A stretch of DNA of 63,202 nt, counting the filler, from an uncultured Myxococcia bacterium (GTDB lineage Bacteria > CAZTWC01): assembly GCA_964617105.1 (NCBI GenBank). It is 10 parts of 10 records of this genome, joined end to end, with 100 filler letters (N's around TTAATTAATTAA, not from the genome) between each part and the next. Parts side by side here need not be neighbours in the genome. Positions count along the whole stretch, not along the records: positions 38,256 to 44,424 come from CAZTWC010000233.1; positions 44,525 to 50,693 come from CAZTWC010000234.1; positions 50,794 to 56,953 come from CAZTWC010000235.1; 7 more parts are not named here. One strand, 5' to 3'. A model generated the notes under the pieces. That model ran no database searches, was not told the DNA's origin, and saw only the letters and a program-made list of their open reading frames with translations. Both the position numbers and the translations under genes were made by a program. Shown here in pieces: positions 43,485 through 52,308 of this stretch; within the stretch, counting starts at the first letter, position 1, and each line of letters starts with the position of its first letter.

Positions 43485-43629
43485 TTGTCATTTTAGGATC
43501 CAAGCATTTGCCATTAAAAACGTTAAGAATTTCAAACCTGTTTGAGGGCTTGCCCGAGTTTTTGAAATTTAGATTTTAATGGCAAATGCGCCCAACGGAA
43601 GTGCCCTTGGGGTGCGCCTAAAATGACAA
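43485..43629. mobile_element. 145-bp nested-palindrome MITE/REPIN-like element
   Basis: TTGTCATTTTAGG/CCTAAAATGACAA termini; inner GCATTTGCCATTAAAA/TTTTAATGGCAAATGC and AATTTCAAA/TTTGAAATT arms. Confidence 0.65.
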
Positions 43630-43866
43630 TGACTGAGGGGCATGAACCTGGTTAATCGTCGGGCTACTGATCGCTAATTTCATTTAATAGTTGCTATCAC
43701 CCCATTTAAATGGCCGCAACCAGGGAACCACCGCCTGGAAAGTAATGCAAATCGCTAAACTAGTCAAGATTGGATGGGGTGAAGCAACTATTGACTACTC
43801 TTGGGGTTCTGAACGTCGATTGGCTCGATGAGAGGCTTTGCTTGAAATTATTCCAGTTCAAGTCTA

Positions 43867-44049
43867 GATTACTATAAATTGTGACAACATTGAGGAAGAT
43901 AAATTATCTTGGCCAAATATGGCAGATATTTGGTCGATTATTATGACAACATTGGCATAGATAACTTATCTTAACCAAATAAGGCAGATATTTGCCCGAT
44001 TACTGTGACAACATTGGCATAGATAACTTATCTTGGCCAAATATGGCAG
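43867..44049. repeat. Tandem array of about three 62-bp units
   Basis: TGACAACATTG recurs at 43882, 43944 and 44006 (period 62). Confidence 0.92.
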
Positions 44050-44137
44050 TTTTTTCTTGAATCCTGCTCATTCTTGATATAAGGTTGTTGTATTTCTGGT
44101 CACACCTAAAGTCAACCCCTAATAGAGCCCTTAAAAT

Positions 44138-44424
44138 ATGTCATTTTTAGCTCAACATTTGGTCTTCCGTTTAATTGATGACCGAGTTCTTGCTTCATCT
44201 ACTTCTGAGCGTCGAATTTTAGCCAATAAAGTCCTGAACACTGGAAGAAATTATAGACTTCTTGCTTTTCGGGCAGCGGATACTCATCTTCACCTGCTAG
44301 CTGCCTGTGAGCGTAAATCAGCCGGTGAACTTGCTCGACGTTTGGGAATATCTCTTAGTTCCCTCTATCCGGTCAACCTCTCTCCGGTAAGGTTAAACTC
44401 TATTACAGACCAATTTCATCTGGC
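44138..44424 (+). CDS. Divergent HUH (Y1/RAYT-like) transposase, 3'-partial
   Basis: QHLVFRLIDDR N-terminus and LLAFRAADTHLHLL (HUH); catalytic Tyr region cut off by the contig end. Confidence 0.6.
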
Positions 44425-44654
44425 NNNNNNNNNNNNNNNNNNNNNNNNNNNNNNNNNNNNNNNNNNNNTTAATTAATTAANNNNNNNNNNNNNNNNNNNN
44501 NNNNNNNNNNNNNNNNNNNNNNNNATTCCAAATTGATTTCGAAGGAGATACCTAGATTTTCAGAATGAAAATCGGTGTTTAATTTTTTACCCTTCATAGC
44601 AATCCTCATCAGTTAAAGTAATTTCTTCGTAGTGAGTTGGCGTCCTAAAAAGCC

Positions 44655-44738
44655 CTTCGTCGCGAAAATTCGGATGCGCTTCACCAGCAAGGCGCAGGTT
44701 CTAAAATCGCCGGAAACGTAGTCGCAGCCTACGTTGAG
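44655..44738 (+). repeat. Partial copy of the 36813-36954 REP-like element
   Basis: CTTCGTCGCGAAAATTCGGATGCGCTTCACCAGCAAGGCGC vs CTTCGTAGCGAGAATTTGGATGCGCTTGGATAGCAAGGCGC. Confidence 0.7.
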
Positions 44739-44841
44739 CAAGTATATTCTTTAATGAAAACGTTGAGTTATGTAATAAAAGCCTTTATAGTCAGGATCAA
44801 TTAAATAACATTTTTTTGCTTTTTCCCCTCATCCCCCCCAA

Positions 44842-44873
44842 CCCCCCTTCTCCCGCTCGCGGGAGAAGGGGGG
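44842..44873. repeat. GC-rich 15-bp-arm palindrome (REP-like)
   Basis: CCCCCCTTCTCCCGC-tc-GCGGGAGAAGGGGGG. Confidence 0.75.
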
Positions 44874-45281
44874 AGCTGCATAAAAGCAGTAAAGGGCATA
44901 TTGTCCCCGATGAAGAGGATTATTGCATATATCCTAATAATATAAAGGCTTAAAATGCATAAAAAGAATATCAAGATTCAAATTATTACGCAATTAAAAA
45001 AACAACTGATCAAGCAAATAAAACAAGAAGTGTTAAGGTGTTACAATTTTCAAAAAGAGATAGAGACTCCAATTGATGAATTGCTTGGTATCAAAAATAT
45101 CGATTTCATTCACTATTTATAAATGCATTTTTTATCATCTTGAAGTCGATACTTGCCTTACTAATCCCGTTTTGGCCTTACTTCTCAATTACGGCGTTCT
45201 GCATTATCAATTCCTTCAAATATTGCTGAAGGCTGATTGCTACCCGGATACCCACTGGCAGTGTAATGCCGGTTTATTTCC

Positions 45282-45316
45282 TTGACATGGATCCAAAATT
45301 ACCGTACAATTTTGGA
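45282..45316 (+). promoter_or_regulatory. sigma70 promoter with overlapping inverted repeat
   Basis: TTGACA-17 nt-TACAAT; TCCAAAATT-N7-AATTTTGGA overlaps the -10 box. Confidence 0.6.
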
Positions 45317-45319
45317 GTT

Positions 45320-46483
45320 ATGTATAAAAGAGCAATTCAAGTTCCAAAATCAAAAAGTTGGTTTCTTTTTGGCCCCAGGCAAACGGGTAAAAGTACTTTT
45401 GTAAAATCTTTGCTTACACCAAATGATCTATATATTGATCTGCTTCCCCAAAGAAACTTTTTGAATTATGCAAAGAATCCCGGCAGGTTAAAGGAAGAAA
45501 TTGTTGCCAATCAAAGATACAGTAAAAAATTTACTTGCGTAATAGATGAAGTTCAAAAGATTCCAAATTTACTTGATGAGGTCCACGCGCTTATAGAGTC
45601 TACAGATGTCAGATTTATTCTTACTGGTTCTAGTGCCCGCAAACTACGGCGGGGAGGGGCAAATCTCCTGGCGGGCAGAGCCTATACCTATAATCTGTTT
45701 CCTTTGACGTTTCAAGAAATTGACAAAGACTTCCATCTGGAATTGGCCTTAAAGATCGGATGCTTGCCAGTACTCTGGCAGTCTGACAGCGAGGATACTC
45801 GAGAATTTTTAAGATCATACACAGAAACTTACCTAAAAGAAGAGGTTGCTGCTGAAGGATTAGTCCGCAATATCGGCCCATTCAGCCAGTTCCTTGACAT
45901 TGCCGCAGTCAATGATGGCGAAACCGTAAACTTTAGTAATATAGCCAGAGAGTGTTCTGTTTCCGTCAAAACAGTGCAGCAGTATTACCAAATTTTAGAA
46001 GACACTTTTTTGGCATTTAAGTTAGCCCCCTGGCGGCGAAGCGTGAGAAAAAGGCTGGTAGCCCAACCAAAGTATTACTGTTTTGATACTGGTATCACCA
46101 ATGCTCTGACCCATAATCTTACAGAGCAACTGAATCCCCGGGTAAGGGGGCGGCGTTTTGAGCAATTTGTCATCAATCAAATCCAGGCTTTCATCCATTA
46201 TCAACGCCTCGACTATCAACTATTTTTCTGGCGCACCAACCATGGTGCAGAAGTCGATTTGTTAATTTGCCGGGGAGATAATATCCTCTGTGCTATTGAG
46301 ATAAAATCGTCTGCCAATATCGTCAGGGAAAGGCTGGAGGGTGTGCGCAGTTTTTTAACCGACAACCCTGATACCAGAGTTTTTGTCCTGGGGCATAATC
46401 AAAACCTGCGCCAGTTGGCAAACAATATTACCATAATGAATTGGGATGATTTCATAATCAAAGAACTGCCTCGCCTTGGATAA
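45320..46483 (+). CDS. AAA_14-type ATPase with DUF4143 and PD-(D/E)XK-like C-terminus
   Basis: GPRQTGKS, VIDEVQK, LTGSS, LAGR, KYYCFDTG, EVDL..AIEIKS; start moved to MYKR, downstream of the promoter. Confidence 0.88.
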   Translation: MYKRAIQVPKSKSWFLFGPRQTGKSTFVKSLLTPNDLYIDLLPQRNFLNYAKNPGRLKEEIVANQRYSKKFTCVIDEVQKIPNLLDEVHALIESTDVRFILTGSSARKLRRGGANLLAGRAYTYNLFPLTFQEIDKDFHLELALKIGCLPVLWQSDSEDTREFLRSYTETYLKEEVAAEGLVRNIGPFSQFLDIAAVNDGETVNFSNIARECSVSVKTVQQYYQILEDTFLAFKLAPWRRSVRKRLVAQPKYYCFDTGITNALTHNLTEQLNPRVRGRRFEQFVINQIQAFIHYQRLDYQLFFWRTNHGAEVDLLICRGDNILCAIEIKSSANIVRERLEGVRSFLTDNPDTRVFVLGHNQNLRQLANNITIMNWDDFIIKELPRLG

Positions 46484-46857
46484 CCTTTATTCTAAGGGCT
46501 CACTTAAAAATAACTTCGGCTTCTAACTTGATCTTATAACATTTTCCTGAGGCCGACAAAGGAGGTCATCCCTGTGGGGCGTTGTTTGCCTTTGTCGGGT
46601 TATTGATAAATGTTGTGGAATCAGTCTCCTTATTGAGCAACGGCATTCCAGACATGGTCCAGGGAATGAGCGGTATGGAGCGTATTCATAGGATTATTGC
46701 AACTGGAATCGTTTAAATATTTTATCTCAACGGCGAACCTCTATCTGGTCATTACCATAAAGTTGAACCGCTTCATCCACCAGACCGGGAGTTGGCTCGC
46801 CGCAAACCCTGACGGAACTCCAACTGATACCAGTCTCTTTTGGCTGATCTCGCGTTA

Positions 46858-48630
46858 TTAGAGGCTTGCTTCTGGTCCTGTTACACAAATAATGGCCAGG
46901 TGTTCTTCACATAATTTATACACATCAAGGCACTCTTTCAGGGCGGTTTTCTGATCAATTTGACCTTCATTGGCAACATGTTCAGCAATTTGTTCAAAGG
47001 TCATTTTCCCACACATGTATCTATAATAGTAATACTGCTTATGAGTTATCCGAAAACACATGGGTGAACCATCGTTGATAACATAGTGGTTACCCTGTTG
47101 AAAAATATAGTTATCGAAAATAGATTGGGGTAGACAATAGGGGAGAACTTGTTGGGGAATTTCAAACATAAAACGGTGGTCTTGCCGGTGTCGCAACGAG
47201 AGTAATTGTTCGATGTGGCCATAACAGAGGAGTGCTTTTAGAACATAAGTTCTGATTTTTAACTCCGCCGCATCAATTAACATCTTTTTAAACACAATAG
47301 TAGGTAGTTGACCCGCCTGTTCCAGCATATATAAGTGTATTTGTTTGTTAAATTGGTCACAAATTCGATCTATTTGCTCCGCCTTAAGATTAGAGTTATT
47401 GGCCAAAGCATTTTGGTGAAGACGGCTCGATAAAAAATCTGGGTCATCTGTTGAAAGTCCCCACTTGTCAGAGTTGTTGCGAAACTCGGTGCCAGGATAT
47501 AGCACAAGGGGGACCATGCGGAACTCAAGAATTCCCGGAGCCAGATCAACCAGGTGTTTTGCAAAGCGGAGATTCTTTTTTATATGCCCCTCTGTTTGTC
47601 CGGGCAGTCCACAGATAAACATGGCGGGAATACTCGAAACACCAATTTTCGCACAGGTTGCTACTACTTTTTCAACCTCCTCAGGACGTATCTCTTTATT
47701 GATCAGATCTAAAATGTCCTGGTTGGAAGATTCAATCCCGATTTGCAGCCGCAGCATTCCTGCCTTGTGCAGCCGCTCAATTAGTTCTGGATGTTTGGCC
47801 AACACATTTACCCTGCCTTCACAGAAAAATTGAAATTTCGATTTGTCTGGAAAAATCCTGTCAATAGCGTCACAGATATCATTTACCCGTTTTGGTGAAG
47901 CTGTAAAGGTGTCATCAGCAAAACAAAGGTATATATAACTCTCTTTATATATACCTTTAATCAAGCGCAGCTCTCGCACCACATTCTCAACAGAGCGTGG
48001 TCGCCACCTCTTGTGTTGGACCCCTTCGCTACAAAAATGGCAATTGTAAAAACATCCCCTGCCGGTGATAATTGCGGGACTATATTTCTCTTTTGCCGGT
48101 AGTAATGAATAGTCTGGTAAGGGTATTTGATTCGCATCTTCATAGGGCCCCAACTGTTGAGAATTTACCTGAACACTGTTGTCACGCCAATATGCAATGC
48201 CGGGAATATCTTCTAAACATCCTTGATCTTCCAAGAAATATTTGGCCAGCAGCAAGATGGCGTATTCCCCTTCTCCTCTTACCACAATACGCCGCTTAGA
48301 GAGATAAGGTGTATAGATATGGGTAACATGGGGGCCACCTAATATAACATTTATGTTTGGGTATCTACGCAATAGTTGATTGCTGATGTTGATCACCCTG
48401 TTTATATTGTCACTGTCGCAAGAAAAGCCAACCAGGCATCGGTTGGATGCAGAAATTGCCTGGTCTACACTATTCCAGGAGATATCGATATTTTGAAAAT
48501 CAAATATTTTTACTGCTATCGAATTTTGCTTAAGCACTGTCCCTAAATAGAGTAAAGCAAGAGGTGGACGAATAGCAATTTTATCTTTAAAATCGATGGG
48601 TAAATTGAATAGAATAACCGAATTTTGCAA
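46858..48630 (-). CDS. B12-binding radical SAM enzyme with C-terminal PqqD/RRE-like domain
   Basis: PPLALLYL, GFSC, LGGPHVT; GRGCFYNCHFC; FADDTF; QIGIES; AGGAGG RBS before TTG. Confidence 0.9.
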   Translation of the reverse strand: MQNSVILFNLPIDFKDKIAIRPPLALLYLGTVLKQNSIAVKIFDFQNIDISWNSVDQAISASNRCLVGFSCDSDNINRVINISNQLLRRYPNINVILGGPHVTHIYTPYLSKRRIVVRGEGEYAILLLAKYFLEDQGCLEDIPGIAYWRDNSVQVNSQQLGPYEDANQIPLPDYSLLPAKEKYSPAIITGRGCFYNCHFCSEGVQHKRWRPRSVENVVRELRLIKGIYKESYIYLCFADDTFTASPKRVNDICDAIDRIFPDKSKFQFFCEGRVNVLAKHPELIERLHKAGMLRLQIGIESSNQDILDLINKEIRPEEVEKVVATCAKIGVSSIPAMFICGLPGQTEGHIKKNLRFAKHLVDLAPGILEFRMVPLVLYPGTEFRNNSDKWGLSTDDPDFLSSRLHQNALANNSNLKAEQIDRICDQFNKQIHLYMLEQAGQLPTIVFKKMLIDAAELKIRTYVLKALLCYGHIEQLLSLRHRQDHRFMFEIPQQVLPYCLPQSIFDNYIFQQGNHYVINDGSPMCFRITHKQYYYYRYMCGKMTFEQIAEHVANEGQIDQKTALKECLDVYKLCEEHLAIICVTGPEASL

Positions 48631-48784
48631 ATTTATCTCCTCCTGGTTTTGTCAACAAATAGAGATTCTAGATTATAAATGAGTCCGTTGATTAAGTGTC
48701 CTTTTGCCCGATTTCCGTGTTATTATATGAACGGCATATGAAAAAAATCCTACTAAATCAACAGGCTCATAAATAAACTGTAAT

Positions 48785-50542
48785 TTATAGTAAAACAAGG
48801 GTAGCCAAATGGTCTTCACATTTTTGATAAACATGCATGAGTTCTTGAGTTGCTAAATCAGCAGAGATCTCAAACTCCAAGGAGATAGCAGCAGGTATCT
48901 CCCCAAAACTATGTTTACCACTAAAATATTGGTAATAGCGATATTGACGCCGGGTGAGTGTAAATGCCATAGGAGAACCAGGATTAATCACCGTAGTATC
49001 CCCATCTTGTCTGACAGTGTTTCCTTTCATCCTCAGGGGAGATGTGTGGGCAATTTGTTGTTCAGGGATTTCAAACAGAAAAGAGAAATCCGATCTTTTT
49101 CTCAGATGGGCAATGGTGTTAATATGCTCAAAACTGCACAGAATATTTAACACCAAAGTCCGGGCTCCTAGACAGGCATTTTGAATAATCAACTGCTTCC
49201 ATCTATGTTTTGGCACCAGCGATGCTTTTTGGAGTGTATAGGCCAGCAGTTCTGAATTAAATAAGTTACAAAGATCCTCTATCTGCGGTTTTGATAGAGT
49301 CTCAGTATAACTAAAGGCGGTATTATGTTGAATAGTGCCAAGAGTAAAATCTGGGTCTACAAGGGTAATCTTCCACCGAGAGGAGTTCTCTCTATACTCT
49401 GTACCAGGCAATGGCGTCATGGCAACCATACTTACCTCCAGGCTGCCGGGAGCAAGATCTACCAAATGTCTGGCAAATTGAATATCTTGCCGAACATCCT
49501 GCTCTGTTTGCCACGGGATACCGCACATGAAGGGGGCCACAATACTGGAAATGCCTGCATTGTGCAGAGCAGCCACCACCCTTTCGATTTGCCGGGAGGT
49601 GATCTTTTTGTTGAGTCGGTCGATTAAATGTTGTTGTCCTGTTTCAATGCCGATTTGAATCCGCCGGGCACCAGCAGAGAGTAAGCGGTCGATTAATTCA
49701 GGACTCTTTGCTAAAATGTTGACTCTACCTTCACAAAAAAAACCGAATTTCGATTTATCGGGAAAGTGTTTGTCGAACAGATCACAGATTTGATTTACCC
49801 GCTGGCGGTTAACAATAAAGGTATCATCGGCGATATAAAGATAGGAGAGTTTATTGTTATACTGTTGTTTTAGGGCGATTAATTCCTGTTCTATTTTGGC
49901 AATACTATTGGGCCGCCAGCCGCTCTCTGCCCTGCCTTCACTGCAAAAATGACACCTGAAACAACACCCTCTGGCGGTGATAAGAGCAGGTTGATAGCTA
50001 GATATATCTGGTAGTAAAGAGTAGTCGGGTGTGGGAATATTATTTAGGTCGTCATAGGGGCCAAAATCGACATCATTGCTAGAGATTTTCCCCCTCTTTA
50101 GATAAGCCAGCCCAGGTATGCACTCTAATGAGCCGGCACCATGAAGAACATAGTTGGCAAGGAGCAGCAAGGGGTATTCACCCTCTCCACGGATCACGAA
50201 AGATCGTTTGTCGACATAAGGTGTGAAAATATGGGAGAGATGGGGACCACCAAAAACTATTTTGACATGGTCAAATTTGTTCAAAACTCTATTGCTCAAT
50301 CTCACCGAACGGTGGATATTATCGCTGTCACAGCTAAAGCCAATCAGGCAATATTGGCTATTGGAAATAGTTTGCTCAAGATCACTCCAGGTTGGCCTGG
50401 CCCGTTGAAAATCGAAGATCTCTACCAGGAAGCCCTTTTTTTTAAGAAGGGTAGCCAGATATATTACTCCCAGAGGAGGACGGTGTAACAAACCTGGCCC
50501 AATATCCTGGGGAGCGTAGATTAGAATGACTTTTTTATCCAT
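48785..50542 (-). CDS. B12-binding radical SAM enzyme with C-terminal PqqD/RRE-like domain (paralogue)
   Basis: PPLGVIYL, FGGPH; ARGCCFRCHFC; IADDTF; QIGIETG; collinear with 46858..48630. Confidence 0.9.
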   Translation of the reverse strand: MDKKVILIYAPQDIGPGLLHRPPLGVIYLATLLKKKGFLVEIFDFQRARPTWSDLEQTISNSQYCLIGFSCDSDNIHRSVRLSNRVLNKFDHVKIVFGGPHLSHIFTPYVDKRSFVIRGEGEYPLLLLANYVLHGAGSLECIPGLAYLKRGKISSNDVDFGPYDDLNNIPTPDYSLLPDISSYQPALITARGCCFRCHFCSEGRAESGWRPNSIAKIEQELIALKQQYNNKLSYLYIADDTFIVNRQRVNQICDLFDKHFPDKSKFGFFCEGRVNILAKSPELIDRLLSAGARRIQIGIETGQQHLIDRLNKKITSRQIERVVAALHNAGISSIVAPFMCGIPWQTEQDVRQDIQFARHLVDLAPGSLEVSMVAMTPLPGTEYRENSSRWKITLVDPDFTLGTIQHNTAFSYTETLSKPQIEDLCNLFNSELLAYTLQKASLVPKHRWKQLIIQNACLGARTLVLNILCSFEHINTIAHLRKRSDFSFLFEIPEQQIAHTSPLRMKGNTVRQDGDTTVINPGSPMAFTLTRRQYRYYQYFSGKHSFGEIPAAISLEFEISADLATQELMHVYQKCEDHLATLVLL

Positions 50543-50597
50543 ACAGCCTTAAAGTGTTCTCTCTGGGAAGTTAAAATAGAAAATAGAAGTTGTTTTT

Positions 50598-50693
50598 ATT
50601 AACACCGCCGGCTAAAATTGTGTGCTATGATTAACCTAATTAACACCGCCGGCTAAAATTGTGTACTATGATTAACCTAATTAACACCGCCGG
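50598..50693. repeat. 41-bp tandem repeat, at least 2.3 copies, running into the contig end
   Basis: AACACCGCCGG at 50601, 50642 and 50683; one mismatch between full units. Confidence 0.93.
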
Positions 50694-50793
50694 NNNNNNN
50701 NNNNNNNNNNNNNNNNNNNNNNNNNNNNNNNNNNNNNTTAATTAATTAANNNNNNNNNNNNNNNNNNNNNNNNNNNNNNNNNNNNNNNNNNNN

Positions 50794-50978
50794 TGATAAT
50801 AGCCCACCATCGTTGTTACCCGCAATTTTAAATCCTCGACGTATTATTCATACGCCTGCGGTTTAATTGACACCGGCGCCTAGCATCTGCACCACACTCG
50901 TCGCCCTTAGTTTGGTGGGTTTTTGATAATAGCCCACCATCGTTGTTACCCGCAATTTTAAATCCTCGACGTATTATT
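50794..50978 (-). repeat. REP-like element with a 55-bp direct duplication
   Basis: 50794-50848 equals 50924-50978; reverse complement has ACCGCAGGCGTATGAATAATACGTCGAGGAT, similar to the core near 36870. Confidence 0.8.
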
Positions 50979-50981
50979 TAG

Positions 50982-52127
50982 TTAAGGTAAGTTTTGTTCC
51001 CGGGTAAATTTATGAACTGGCAATACCCGCAATGGGATAGTTGCATGTTCAAAGTCTTTTTTACCGGTATGAACCAGGTAATAAGCGGGAATTTTTAATC
51101 TCTTGGCAAAATATGCTATTGAGGGTGGTGTAGAGGAGTATTTGAGTTTACTTTCCACGGCAAATTTCGGTTTATTATCCTGCAAGACTACAAAATCCAC
51201 TTCCCGCTTGTCGGTGTCGCGAATATACCTGAGTTCCATGGGATAACCTTCGGCATCTTCCATATAATGACAGTATTTTAAAAGTTGGCAGGCAACAAAA
51301 TTTTCAAACCGTTTGCCCGGCTCTTTTACTGTGGACCAATCCCACAAATAACCTTTTTGTTCCTTTTTTACCGCCCGTATAGTTGAAGAGCCAAAGGGCG
51401 AGATTCGAAACAGAACAAACAACTTTTCCAAAATATTTAACCAGTTTTTAACCGTACCATGAGCTACCTGCAAATCTTCACGCAGAGCGTTAACAGACAA
51501 TGGTGAGCCTACCAAATTGGGAAGATGATCCGCCAGAGTAGAGATTAGAACCAATTCTTCCACTTTTTCCAGATCTCTCAGGTCATCTCGCAAAACCTGT
51601 CTTTGGCGCTCCAATTGCCAACGCCGGAGTCTTTTTTCAGATTGAGCGAAGAAAGGTTCTGGAAAGCCTCCAAATTTTAACAGATTTTCTACGGTGGAGG
51701 GATGGTGATTTTTATCAATCTCCCCAATGCTTAAAGGGTGCATCCGAAAAAAATGATACCTGCCGGTAAGTGCATCGCCACCGCGTCTATAGATATCTAA
51801 CCGGGCACTTCCGGTTACCAGATAATTTTGCTTTGATTTTGTCTTGTCATACAAACCTTTAAGAAAATTCCGCCATCTTGAATATTTGTGGATCTCATCA
51901 AAAACCAGCAGTTTTTGGTTGGGGGGAAATTCCAGTTGTAAAAGTCGTTGCTGATCATCCAGGTTATCCCAATTAAAATAGCCGGGATGTGCTTCATCTC
52001 CCCCAAGTATTTTTAAGGCCAGGGTGGTTTTTCCAACCTGGCGGGGACCACTTAAAAAGACCATTTTTTCTTTAAGGTCAGATTCAATCTGGGGACGCAA
52101 ATAGGGGCGAAAGATTTTGTTGGTCAT
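50982..52127 (-). CDS. AAA_14-type ATPase with DUF4143 and PD-(D/E)XK-like C-terminus
   Basis: GPRQVGKTT, FDEIHK, VTGSA, LTGRY, REVDF..AVESK; start MTNKIFR. Confidence 0.88.
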   Translation of the reverse strand: MTNKIFRPYLRPQIESDLKEKMVFLSGPRQVGKTTLALKILGGDEAHPGYFNWDNLDDQQRLLQLEFPPNQKLLVFDEIHKYSRWRNFLKGLYDKTKSKQNYLVTGSARLDIYRRGGDALTGRYHFFRMHPLSIGEIDKNHHPSTVENLLKFGGFPEPFFAQSEKRLRRWQLERQRQVLRDDLRDLEKVEELVLISTLADHLPNLVGSPLSVNALREDLQVAHGTVKNWLNILEKLFVLFRISPFGSSTIRAVKKEQKGYLWDWSTVKEPGKRFENFVACQLLKYCHYMEDAEGYPMELRYIRDTDKREVDFVVLQDNKPKFAVESKLKYSSTPPSIAYFAKRLKIPAYYLVHTGKKDFEHATIPLRVLPVHKFTREQNLP

Positions 52128-52137
52128 TTTGACACCT

Positions 52138-52165
52138 GTGTAAAATACTAATGAGTATTTTACAC
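52138..52165. promoter_or_regulatory. Perfect 12-bp inverted repeat, candidate operator
   Basis: GTGTAAAATACT-aatg-AGTATTTTACAC, 10 nt upstream of the ATPase start. Confidence 0.6.
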
Positions 52166-52208
52166 TGCTATCAAAAATACTCAAGAAAAAAGATCTAGGT
52201 GCATCTAC

Positions 52209-52252
52209 AAAAAAAAGCGGGTTTATCCAACTTTTAAGGATAAACCCGCTTT
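52209..52252 (-). terminator. Intrinsic terminator
   Basis: AAAGCGGGTTTATCC/GGATAAACCCGCTTT stem with a minus-strand U-tract. Confidence 0.8.
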
Positions 52253-52308
52253 GAAAAATATTATTCCCTCGACTATTAAGTCAAGAAAGTTTTGTTACGC
52301 CACTTCTC

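Noticed and set aside
43318-43503. 62-aa N-terminal extension of AlaS, also seen in ORF 25796..25984
   Set aside because: The shared peptide LGRSEACSGEPVHPGWPR is a translation of the 85-bp non-coding repeat; AlaS homology starts at 43317
43867-44049. Possible CRISPR array (also 50598-50693 and 50794-50978)
   Set aside because: Units repeat along their whole length with no unique spacers, and no cas genes are present
50598-50693. Repeat-encoded multi-core RiPP precursor for the radical SAM pair
   Set aside because: The period is 41 nt, so no reading frame repeats, and stops occur as the frame shifts
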